Assembly (NCBI RefSeq): GCF_024521635.1
Contig: NW_026250403.1
Coordinates: 2,418,001 to 2,482,000, forward strand
From: Tricharina praecox
Taxonomy: Eukaryota
Length of the DNA stretch: 64,000 nt
Direction of reading: 5' to 3'
Each line of letters begins with the position of its first letter. Position 1 is the stretch's first letter. Positions 36,931 through 47,684 of the stretch are shown piece after piece. The notes beneath the pieces are model-generated. The model was not told the DNA's origin. It saw only the letters and a program-made list of their open reading frames with translations, and did not search any database. The position numbers were made by a program, and so were the translations under genes.

Positions 36931-37093
36931 CAGCACGGAAAAAACCCCCGCGTGGTCTAATGGTCTAGGCCACGCAATCGGCGAGGGCAGCTGATGGAAG
37001 GTTCCCGGTTCAACCCGGGTAAAAGACCTGTGTATTCAGCTCTTGGGGTTTCCAAGCTACCCACCGCCGTGGGTGGTGACGGTTTTTGTTTTT
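36931..37093 (+). mobile_element. tRNA-derived SINE-like element or Pol III ncRNA (~150 nt)
   Basis: A-box TGGTCTAATGG 36953-36963; B-box GGTTCAACCC 37007-37016 in a T-arm-like stem; 3' hairpin acccaccgccgtgggt; TTTTTGTTTTT terminator. Confidence 0.6.
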
Positions 37094-37184
37094 GGCGTGA
37101 CGGAGGGAGCACTAGTTAGATATCACTCGGTAGTATCACGTGACAAGGCTTGACGCTTACGCTGCCCAGGGGGTCCATGTTCGG

Positions 37185-37187
<3 letters not shown>

Positions 37188-37216
<29 letters not shown>
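37188..37216 (+). repeat. (TC)n microsatellite
   Basis: Direct observation. Confidence 0.9.
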
Positions 37217-37219
<3 letters not shown>

Positions 37220-37750
37220 ACCGGTAGCTTCTAAACCTAAGCATACCACTTTATCTCTCTCCATGTAGATCATTCTAGTGAATCACCTCCACCAGTCCTT
37301 CCCACATTTTGATGTGTCCTTATTGTCTTCGATATCCGCCGGGAATACATACAATCTCTATTCACAGGCCGAAGAGCTTGCTTCAGACTACTCCATAGTA
37401 GCGAAACCTCCCACTCTCGCAAGATTGAAGCCATTGTCACCAAAACCCACCTTTGCCGCGATGTCGTAGTACTGCCGACCATGGCACATCACTCGTTTTC
37501 CCTCTCCTTCCCTTCCCTTCCCACCATCCATCCACCATCCATCCATCCACAGAACACTTCACCAACAACTCTTCATCTTCACACAAGCGATCAACAACAA
37601 CGACAACGACGACGACGACAAAAATAACAATAACCCATTTCGCTGCAGCCCCCCACCAAGACCGCGCCCCCCTCGCCACCCAAGCTTTTGCAGCCCTCGG
37701 GCATCGTCAAGAAGACAAAGACCAAGAAGGAGAGGACTCCCGCCGCCACC

Positions 37751-38077
37751 ATGGCGGCCACCAAGACCACCCAGGCCACCACGCGTGACCTGCTCCCCGA
37801 GCGTCGGTATTCTCCCACCGCCAAGTCGATACGTGCGCGGCGGAAGATTGAGTCGCTCGTGCACAACTGTGAGATCGCCGACCGCATCAACGTTGCCGAG
37901 AACGATAAACTGCGTACCGAACTAAAGGAGCACCAGAAACAGCTGCATTGGGCCCTCGGCCGCTGTATTTTCCTCGAGGAGATGTACGATGTCCCCAAGG
38001 AGGGGCAGGAAGTGCAGGAGGAGAAGGAGGAGATAGAGGAGCCGGAGCAGAAAATGCTCGGTGTGTGGGTTGATTAG
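37751..38077 (+). CDS. Orphan coiled-coil protein, paralog 2 (frame open from ATT at 37637)
   Basis: GCCACCATGG start at 37751; aligns with paralog 1; ends KMLGVWVD. Confidence 0.6.
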   Translation: MAATKTTQATTRDLLPERRYSPTAKSIRARRKIESLVHNCEIADRINVAENDKLRTELKEHQKQLHWALGRCIFLEEMYDVPKEGQEVQEEKEEIEEPEQKMLGVWVD

Positions 38078-38349
38078 AGGAGCGAATTGAGATTGAATCA
38101 AGCGAATCATGACTTGTGATCCGCCGTGGTGGATGCAACAACCCCAGCATACATTATGTACCATGTACAAGTATAAACAATAAAGATGGCTAATTCTGCC
38201 CACTGGGATAGACAATATACAGAAATTAAGCATATATTAACGATCTGCCTATATAATATTATAAACTTTCCAGCTACAAGTATAATCTTCTATCCAGCGA
38301 ATCAAATATAGCGCGCTCCTCCCATCGGAATCCAGGGATTACAAGTCGA

Positions 38350-39539
38350 TCACAAGTCATCCTCCAGCGGGCTCTCACCCTGCGCAGTGCCCAGCAAGCT
38401 CTCAAACTGCAGCTTGTACCACTCGACGTCCTGACGGTTTCCCATCCACTTGGCGAAGCCCAGGGGCTCAGTCCACTGCTTCGAGAACGGATCCTCAGCG
38501 GCCAGCTCCCTCCTCGTCGACGATCCCGAGGCGGTCTGGTACTCGTCGCTCATGATCCAGCTGACGAACAGCTTCGCAGTCTCGGGCATCTCAGTGCTGG
38601 CAAAGATGGCGCCGGTCTGCGCCCACGACATGTAGCGGTCCGCCGGCTCCACCGTGTGAATGTTCTCCTCGCCGGTTCCGAACGAGCAGAAGGTGATGGA
38701 CACGGGCGAGGCGGGGTTGGCGAGCATTGTGCCGGGGGTCGTGCTGCCGCGAACCCACGTCACGTTCTGCGCCATCAGCGACGTGAACCAGCCCCAGCCG
38801 TACTTCTCAATGATCAGCGCGAAGAGGTACGCGATCGCGTCGTCGTCGTTCGGGTACGTGAGGACGATCTTGTCCTTCCATGCGGGCAGCAGGAAGTCGG
38901 TGTACGTCGTCGGGATCGTGGTGTTCAACGGGCGCTTGTCGGAGTTGAAGACAATGTTGCCGAACGAGACTTTGCTCCTGTTAGCTACTCGCTCACGGGC
39001 GACAGGGGGAGAATAGGTAACGCACTGAAAAAGCCAGCATAATAGTATCCCTCGCTGTCCTTGACCTCATTGTAGATGCTCTCCCATGGCTTCGCCTTGT
39101 ACGACATCAGGCGGCCTTGTTCCTTCCACCGCGGGAAGTCGTGCAACGTCTGCAGGAACGCAATATCGTATATATCTTTACCGGTCTCAATGAAGGCACG
39201 GTCCGTGTGGCTGTCGTGATATTTGGACACGTCCACCGTCAGGTTGATCGCGATGCCAGGGAAGGCTTGCATGAATGCCAGAGCGGTGGCATTGGATTTC
39301 TCTGGGTATTGTGTCAGCGGAAGAGCACGCCAGCGCCGTCACGGAGCGATATGTAAAGTACCGTCACCACCCCAGGCCACCTGGAGTGTCTTGCCCTTGG
39401 ACTCCGCTAAGGCTGCGGAGTAGATCTCGTCGATGCTGCGGGTTTCGACTCCGGTATCACGAGCTTTGGGCGCGGCGAGTGTTGGTAGGGCTAGCGAGAG
39501 GACGCAAGCCAGGACTGCAGGAGTTTTCCAGAACTGCAT
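38350..39539 (-). CDS. Secreted ABC-type Fe3+/thiamine substrate-binding-protein-like protein (3 exons)
   Basis: Signal peptide MQFWKTPAVLACVLSLALPTLA; DVSKYHD, LQTLHDFPRWK, LTYPNDDDAIAYLF, WVRGS, AKLFVSW. Introns 39361-39302 and 39025 to ~38970. Confidence 0.88.
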
Positions 39540-41092
39540 TGTTGGGATACGTGCTTGATTGCGACGAGTGATTGAGGGGAAGGCGGGGTGAGGATGTATG
39601 AATTGTCGGAATGCTGGACGCTCGAAGAAAAGAATGCTTGAGGATTCGGGGCCGCAAGGCCGAGTTTATCTACTCAGTACCAGAGCACATACCTACCATG
39701 ACGGCGCCGAGAGGATCCTTGGCCTCTCCCTATTGATGCCCAAGAGATACTAAAATGCAAAAGTGCATCACGCCCGGTACCTGGCTACCGCATGAAATCA
39801 AGTTAGCCAACGCCAAGTTCCAACCGGGCGCGGGAAACCGAGCTCACCAGCAGTGGTATTCACATCCAGGTACCCATCGGACGTCTCTGCTACTCCCTAT
39901 GCGTGCAAGCGGGGTGACGACGACTCACCTTGGCGGACCTCCGCGCTTTGGGTTTTGCGTTTCTCAGCATCGCGGTAGAGGTTTATAAGCCTTACAATTT
40001 TCACGCCGAAAAGAAGATCGCAATTTGGCGGAGACTAGGGGCCCCGCGGGTTGCTTATGGGCGTAGGTATCGGGGTAGAGCGGATACCTAGCGTATATGC
40101 GCACCGGAGGTTGCCATATTTCGACCTGGTTCGTCGGACCGCAGCCGGATGATCAGTGGCCCCCTTAGTTTCGATGCGGCGCCTTCCGGCAGCCGAGCCA
40201 ATCACATAACGATGGAGGTGAGGAGCACAAAGAGTATTCGGCGGTAGGGGCTGCAGCACAGGACACTACGGCATCATACGGATTCATGAGTTCTTGGTAC
40301 CTAGAATACCTAGTTGAAATCCGGGAAGATTTTATGGATCTGGACCTCTGGGGGCCAACTGCCGGTATGTAGGACTCAACATATGAACGGAAGAAGCACC
40401 GGCTTTTCTTACCAACATCAAGGGAACAGCTCTTTCTTCCACTCCTAGAAAACATCATTTTTTTGACGAGCCCCTTGAAATGCGCTCCTCTGTAGGGTAG
40501 AGTTACATGGTGTTCCCCGACGGATCCAGGGTCAGAACCTTAAGTGGAATAGAGCCGGTCTTCTTGCTTCAGATAGAGTTCTAGGTAAAATAGACTTGGT
40601 TTACTGTATGTATGTAAGCCCCCGATATGTCGATTATCAATCCCGTCGAAACACGGCGTTTGGCTGTGCGCTTGCGTCGGAGTTTGTGGAGCGGGTTTGT
40701 CATTCACGCGGAGAGGCAGGGTTCGGGTTCCTACGAGAGCCACTAGTAGAAAACCCCGACCGGCGAAGCTTCAACTGCCCGAGCTCAAGAAATCCGAACG
40801 AGAGAACCTTCTATCGTATATCTAGGTATATCACGCCATACCATCGAACAGGAGAGAAGTTTCACTCCTGCAAGCGGAGACAAAAGCTGAAAAAAAAATA
40901 CGCGAGAATACACACGACAGCCAAGAGCTTCGGCGCTTCGCGCGTTGAGTATTGATATTTCGCGTCTTATTGCCTGTTCCGATGCCACTGCTACTTTCCT
41001 ATGTCCTTTTGCATCGTCGCGCGCATACAGCCTTCATGGCCTTCGTGGCTGCTTAGCATTGTCCCTGGCTTCTCACCAGAGTCAGCCTCTTT

Positions 41093-41150
41093 AACCTTCA
41101 GCCTTCAACCTTCAGCCTTCAACCTTCAGCCTTCAACCTTCAGCCTTCAA
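41093..41150 (+). repeat. 7-bp tandem repeat (A(A/G)CCTTC)n
   Basis: Direct observation, about 8 units. Confidence 0.85.
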
Positions 41151-41529
41151 GTCCCCAGCCAAGTCCGGCGACGGCTATCCTCGCATCCTCTGTCTGAGGC
41201 CTGGCTTCGCCGGCCTCATCTCGTCGTCTACACGAGCCCGTTTCCCTTATACGCAGTCTCTTTCCCATTTTTCTCGTATCATTACATGAATCAAGCCAAG
41301 TTCTTCTCTCAGTTTCAACATTGAAGCTCGAGCTCGGCATGCCTATATGTAGTAGTAGAGACACGCACTTCCGCTCCGTCCATGATAACTATCGAGCTCG
41401 ACGGGCCATCGCATACTCACCGCGGACTTCTGGCCAGTTCAGTTGAACGCCGGTTCCACCGTCTACGTGCTCCGAGCTCCGTGAAACAATCCGCGAGGCC
41501 TCATAACCAAGTACCCATCGACGTACATG

Positions 41530-41880
41530 GAATGCGGCAGTTACGCATTTAGCTTAAAAACGTCACTCCTTAAATGCGGTGGATAGGTAGATAGCCTAAA
41601 TGTGGCATTAGATGCGGCAATAAACGCGGAGGTGTCGATAATTGCGGCAAATAGCAATACTTGCGGATGTCACTAAATGCGGTCATAGCATTAATTGCAG
41701 TATAATTCTGATTCACTAATTGCGGCAACGACACTAAATGCGGCATAATCAATGCGGAGGTGTCAATAATTGCGGTAAATGGCAATACTTGCGGATGTCA
41801 CTGAATGCGGTTTTGATATTAATCGCGCTACAATTGTAATTCACTGATTGCGGTAACGCCACAAAATACAACTGTCTCTA
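41530..41880. repeat. Array of (A/T)TGCGG motifs with a 128-bp direct duplication; probable DNA-transposon terminus
   Basis: gcggaggtgtc at 41626 and 41754; more than 10 WTGCGG motifs; ends in ...ACTGTCTCTA. Confidence 0.65.
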
Positions 41881-43289
41881 CCACACTGTCCTCCCCATGG
41901 ATAACCCGCTAGCCTCGCTGTCCTTTGCTCTCTGACATTCTCTGGTCTTCCTACTACAGCCGGTACGCATCGTTGTCCTGTGCCGTCCTACATTAGGTAC
42001 TATCAGGCCTGCCTCGCCGCGGATACCACATTGTCCACGCCATGTTCGAAGAGCCCGCTGTTCTCGCTGTGGATAATCTGATTGCCCCGCCGTGGATATC
42101 ACGCTCTTGTTGCAGTGGATACTACGTGATGGAGTGATGGAGGAGCTGTCGGCGAGAGGAGGAAGTGAAGGAGGGCTCGTGTCGGCGGGAGAAACGAATG
42201 CAATCAATAGTAAGCATTAACGATAGTAGACATCAAGGCTGATGGGCATAAAGGCTGGTGGGCATCAACGTTGGCGGGCATCAACGTTGGTATCTGGGCA
42301 TCAACTTCAGTAGGTATCTACATTATATATTGGTAGGCATCCCCACGAACACAGAAGGTTATCCCTCAGACACACGTTGACAGCCCATCACCTCCCTCTT
42401 GCCCTCCTGTCTGGTATGACCTGCCTCAGTTTCTCAGTCAGCTCCTGGAACCGGAGGATAACTCGCTGTGCGCCTCGGTAGACACAGACACAATCCCGTG
42501 ACTCACGAAGTAGCACTCGACCAAATTCCGAGACTGGTCCGGATTTTACCACGACTCAGTACGGTATCGGCTTGTCTTGATATTATGCAACAGCTACGAG
42601 CTCTGTAGGAGCGATGGAGGATCTCGGCTCGGTTCGGGCGGTTTCCCGGCCTCGCAGATTGCGCCGAACTCTCTGATAAGCACAGGCGTTGGTAGGACCA
42701 TGGCTGGAGAAGACAATGAGGGCCAAGATGAGAATAGTTGAGTGCATTTATATGCTAGCAAATAGTTGGAGAAAATCCCCCTCAGGCCGGGCACTTTGGT
42801 GCGTGGTGGGTTGCGAAACGAAGTGTGCACGTAAAACTGCTGTGGCCGAACACGACCGAATACTGAATAATGAAGCAAACAAACCATCAATGGCAGTTGA
42901 GCTAGTCATTATCGTGTGCTTTCCTTGGTGCTCTGGGAATCTTTTCCTGTTACCAGGCAGCGGTAGCGGTAAGTAGGTTGGTAAATTGAGCCAACCAACT
43001 GGACTGTATACAAGATTTGGAAGAGTGGGTATCCCCCGGATTGTAGCCGGCTGTGAGGCAGATGGAACCAGCGAAATGCTTATTTCTGGCCGCGCCCACG
43101 ACTACATGGGCAGGGCAGAGTCAATTCTCTTCAGTTTTATAATTTTTATATAATGAGGGATAAATACAACGATCATGATATCAACCCAAAAGAAGGAAAA
43201 AAAAGGCCCGTTCCCAAGCCATTCCACCAACAACTACAACATTTCACCCGCATGCAAGCACCTCTCTTTCTAAAACCACCAAATTCTAG

Positions 43290-45230
43290 AGGCATGAAGT
43301 TTTTTAAAACAGTTTCGCTTATCGCTAAGACAGGGTGGCTTGTAACAGCCTTTACAGGCCCAGTGAGTTTTGGGTAAGTTATCGGATACACCCCGTCCTC
43401 GGTGTTTCCAGCGGCACAACCAACTAGTCTGCCGCGTATCCAGGTGTATTGGGGTATAATCGCAGCCACAGTGAAGGTCCGGAGGCAGAGTCGAGTCCTA
43501 CGTTACTCTAACAGACTTTTTTCCGGTCGGTTTCGGCGTTTTATTTTTTGACGAGAACGCGGATATCAGCTTCCATGCACACTACATACGCAACTCTTTG
43601 TGGCTGATATCAGGAGTACCTTCGATGTCGGAATAGATGAGGTATGCATTGGTGAGCATCGCATCGAGCGCCCAAAGAAACATAGGCGACCAAGTACGAA
43701 ACGATGTGAGCTCGGTGTTGTAGCGACCTCGCTGCTGGTCGGCAATATCAAAACCAGCCATATGATCGCTGTAGTCCTCAAAACAAGCAGGCATCGGCAG
43801 CTCCTCCTCTTGATCGTCGTCATCGCTAAATTCTTCCGGTGCCTTCTTATCATTGGTGCTCTTCTCTCCAGGTCGCTTGAGATTACGAACGGTCTCGGCG
43901 TCGAGATGGTGCGCGGTGGTCAAGAGCGTGGCAGGACCTTGGTCGAACCAGACCAAAGCACCAACCTGCTCTCCGAAGGTTGGATCGGAAACAACTACGG
44001 GTTCGAGGAGTCATAGTCGTACTTCGCAACGTCTTGCTTCGGGATTTTAAGTTCGGCGGGGAAGCTAGCGGAGCTGGGACGCACGGTACCGCAACCGCCC
44101 ATCTGGAGGTCATGACGTAACCTTCCAAGCAAGGGAATTGTCGCATAATAGTTATCGAGATGGACAATCCAGTATCGCGAACGTGGAAGCGTCTTTAGAA
44201 GATGGAAAGCAACCTCCTCAGTCGCAGTAAGGTCTTCGATAGGCTGGACGGGGTCGGGTCCTGCTTGGTTCGAGGTCGGAAGGAAATCCCAAATTTAACC
44301 CTGGTCTGCAAGACAATGGAACTTAAATCCGTGCTCCATAGGCTCGCCCGGCATCGTGTAGGTATCCGGTGTCCTTCCAGTACAGAGAATCATGGCTTGG
44401 CCAACTGCAATATTGCTCGATGGTAGTCTGTACGCCTGCGCACCTGCTCTCAACTGTTTGAGAAACGGATCGACTTCCGCATGCCATAGGCATCTTCCCG
44501 AGTTAGTCGAAAGCTCAACACTTGGCGAACAGACATGGAAATGTCTCGTAATCTGCTCGAATCGGTATTGGCTCATCCACTCGGCAATGCGATGTTTGGG
44601 ACTAAAACGGTCTTGCTTCCAATAGTCGGCAACCGTTGGCGAACAATGCACACCTATATACACCACCATCCCTAGCCAACAACCAATCTCGTCCGCTGAA
44701 ACGTCTTGCCATGCCCATCCACCAGACTTCTGGCTTTCTCCCCCTCTTTTCTCCTCCGCATATACGTTGATGTGGTTGGATAAAGTTTCAAGAAGGGTAG
44801 GTGTCAAGAAAAGTTTAAAAATGTCGATAGGTTGAACGTCCTCAAGGTCTCGGATAGCCGAGGGTAGAGTATTTTATGCCTTGTGAGGGGATTGCGGAGG
44901 AGGCATTGGGTGAAACACAGGGTATGGCGACTGATTTTGGGCGGCCGGTAGGTGACTTTGTTGGTTCGATTGGAAGGGCGAGTGATTTTCCGTGAGGAAA
45001 GTTTTTTCGCAGGTGCTGTGCCCTTTACTGGCTGCTGTGCGCTGGATAGGGTTATTGACATCTCGGTGTCATCGTCCGAAGAGCTGGGATCAGAATGGGG
45101 TTTTGCTGGCCGCTGACGAATGTTTCTTTCCGATACGTTGGGTGGTTTGATCTCTAGGTGGCCCTCCAAGTTCTGTCTTTTATACCTATTTCTGACCACG
45201 TCAAGACAATTGGCGCACAGCACTGACTTT
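43290..45230 (-). pseudogene. piggyBac-family transposase pseudogene
   Basis: WQDVSADEIGCWLG, MSQYRFEQI, IAVGQAM (first catalytic D lost), GFKFHCLAD, LDNYY, MAGFDIADQ, and a C-terminal CKGCYKPPCL..RNCF Cys-rich domain. Multiple stops and frameshifts. Confidence 0.9.
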
Positions 45231-45255
45231 GGCTACTTCAGACACAATAGAATAA

Positions 45256-45582
45256 ACGGCAAACGTCTAGAATGCCATAGCTTTGGAAAAAGTCTATTAT
45301 GCCATAGTTTTTTTGACGTTCGTCTATTCGATAGATGATGATTCAAGAAAGAAGAAGAAGAAGATCCCGCAGGGCCTAGCTTAAGTCCCTTTCTTCCGTT
45401 GGTCGACCCCGCCATGCCCACTAACGTTGATGCGCACTACTAACCACATTCTTTTCATCCCTCTCGCCGACAGCTTCTCCATCGCTCGCCATAGTTTGCG
45501 TGGTGGTAGGTTTGAGACGTCGAAAAAACTATGGCATAATAGACTTTTTTCCCAAAACTATGGGATTCCAGACATTTGCCGT
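45256..45582. mobile_element. MITE-like element with ~65-bp terminal inverted repeats
   Basis: 45256-45319 (acggcaaacgtctagaatgccatag...gtctattatgccatagttttt..gacgt) is the reverse complement of 45517-45582. Confidence 0.8.
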
Positions 45583-47227
45583 AGAAGAGATCCACTTCAT
45601 TGGTGAGGGACCACAATAATGTCATTGCACTGCTACCGGTATCTTTGATGGAGTCCGAATGGCCAAGCTGATCGGCTCAGGTTGCCTATTTGAAATTTCT
45701 GCGGTCCAGGGGAAAAGCCAAATGATGAAATGATGAAACGACGAACTCACCGAGCGAGGGCAACATCACACCCGAGAAGCATATAGTTGCCGGGGCGCGT
45801 GCTTTGAAACTATGTAGTCTCTAGAAGCACTGGCTGCCTCGCAACAACAGTGACCACAACCAGCTGCCGAATGTACAGCTGCCCTCAGATATATGCTTCT
45901 GGCTTTGGCCGTAATCACCGAAGTCTTGCATCACCGAAGTCTTGCGCGTTTCCCTGCTGGGGGTCTCGAGCATATAATGGCATTGTGACTCGCTTTTGCT
46001 GTCGATTTGAATCTCCAGCGATGAACGCGCTTTGAGCGACGTATGCCGCATGATGCATCTCGTGAGTGCACTGAGCGCAAGTCGCCATACGGCATGATTG
46101 CGTAGCTTGAGATTGAGTTTCGAGGGGAATTCGATAGGACGGGAAAGCTGGTGTAAGACCCGGAAGTCAATCGGTTCGCTAGCGTTCGAGATACTCTCAC
46201 CACCACCACTATCGCTTCAGCTTGCGTGTAGGTTGGGCAGTTTTGATGATAACGGTGGAAATCCGCTCGCTCGTAAACTGGTTGAGAGCGGCAAGAGCCG
46301 GAAGAGCGGGATGTCGAATATTTCAACAATCAGACGAGACACCGCGGCTCTTGAAACATAGGTAGATAAGAGCGGTGGATTCTGAACTTTGTATTGGACA
46401 CTAATATCACGGACCCCATGGTTCCGAAGCTTTGCAAAGGAAAGCCTAATAATCGGGGTAGGCAGTGCCGAACGAACGAACGTCATCCCTCCATCTGTGA
46501 CTGCGCTCACAACTGTACTTACTACGGGTGCGGCGGGCTGATGTGAGGGTGGTGTGATGGCCGTGTGAGGGACTAGAAAAGAGGCCCTAGGAACATGAGG
46601 GATGTGCCAACGTCGGAGTGGTAAACTCCCATTCACTGCCTCCTCGATTCCGATCACACGCAATCTTGCTCTCGCTTGAAGAGTGACGAGAGTTGCCACT
46701 TGAGCTACACTTTAGGTCTTGAGCGGAGTGAGAGCGGGCTACGAAGGCAAGTAATGATCTCCGGTCCTTGTTGTTGCCCATTTCCCAAGCTCCGCGCCCT
46801 GACGATTGCCACCATGTTTCTCAGCAGCAGCTCCAACACCACTCTGAGTACTTGACATCTCAATCCGTATCCTCAAATTTCGTGAGTTTCTTCTACTATT
46901 TTATCAGTGCGCAGGCTGATTGACAAATAGATTCAACTTCAAGCCATCGGCGCCGGGCTCTATCCCAGCTCATCCATAGCGGAAGTGGCAACCTCATTCC
47001 CCGATTCCCCCCGTGCCACGCAGCCTCAGAGTACACTGTCCTTTCAGACAGCTGGCAGTCGCCCATCCTCGTCGACGCAAAACACTTTCTCGGACGTTGC
47101 ATCGAACCCACCATCCTAGCAGACGATTGACCGGTGGCCACGCACCCTCGTTGCCGCGATACACTTCCTCGAGCAAATTCAATGCGCGGAGCCCGCCGAC
47201 ATTGCAAGTTGCTGGTGTTTCTCCATA

Positions 47228-47684
47228 TGGTTATATTGTGGTTTCTGAGCTCGTAAAACACTGAGATTTCTAGAGCGGAACCTCTACTTTGTCCTCCACC
47301 TCGGAAGGGACGAAAACGTAAATCGGCATCAAACCTTCGATACCAACAGTCCACACCCGCAAGCGATTTAGCTATTCATTTCTCCGTCAAAGCGCGAGTG
47401 CTCTGGGGCAAGGGTGTTGAGGATATTGACCGAGTGACGGAGAAAAGAATAGCTAAATCGCTTGCCGGTGTGGACTGTTGGTATCGAAGGTTTAACACCT
47501 CGTTTCCGTTTTGGTCCCTTCCGAGGTGCAGAAGAAAGTAGAGGTTCCGCTCTAGAATTGAGTTGCTCTGTAGAGAACTCGCAGAGAACTCGTCGCTGGG
47601 AGGGTGGAGGGCATCGCCATCGCGTTCGGTAAAGAGTATGTACGGTTGCTGTGTTCTACGAGCTCAGAAACTACAATATAACCA
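47228..47684. repeat. Foldback/long inverted repeat
   Basis: Arms ~47268-47388 and ~47434-47558 pair around a ~45-nt loop. Outer arms 47228-47261 and 47651-47684 also pair. Confidence 0.9.

Noticed and set aside
36945-37025. Functional tRNA gene
   Set aside because: A- and B-boxes are present, but I could not build an acceptor stem or anticodon arm; treated as SINE-like.
40741-40753. CACTAGTAGAAAA resembling a CACTA transposon TIR
   Set aside because: No matching inverted partner or transposase seen in the window.
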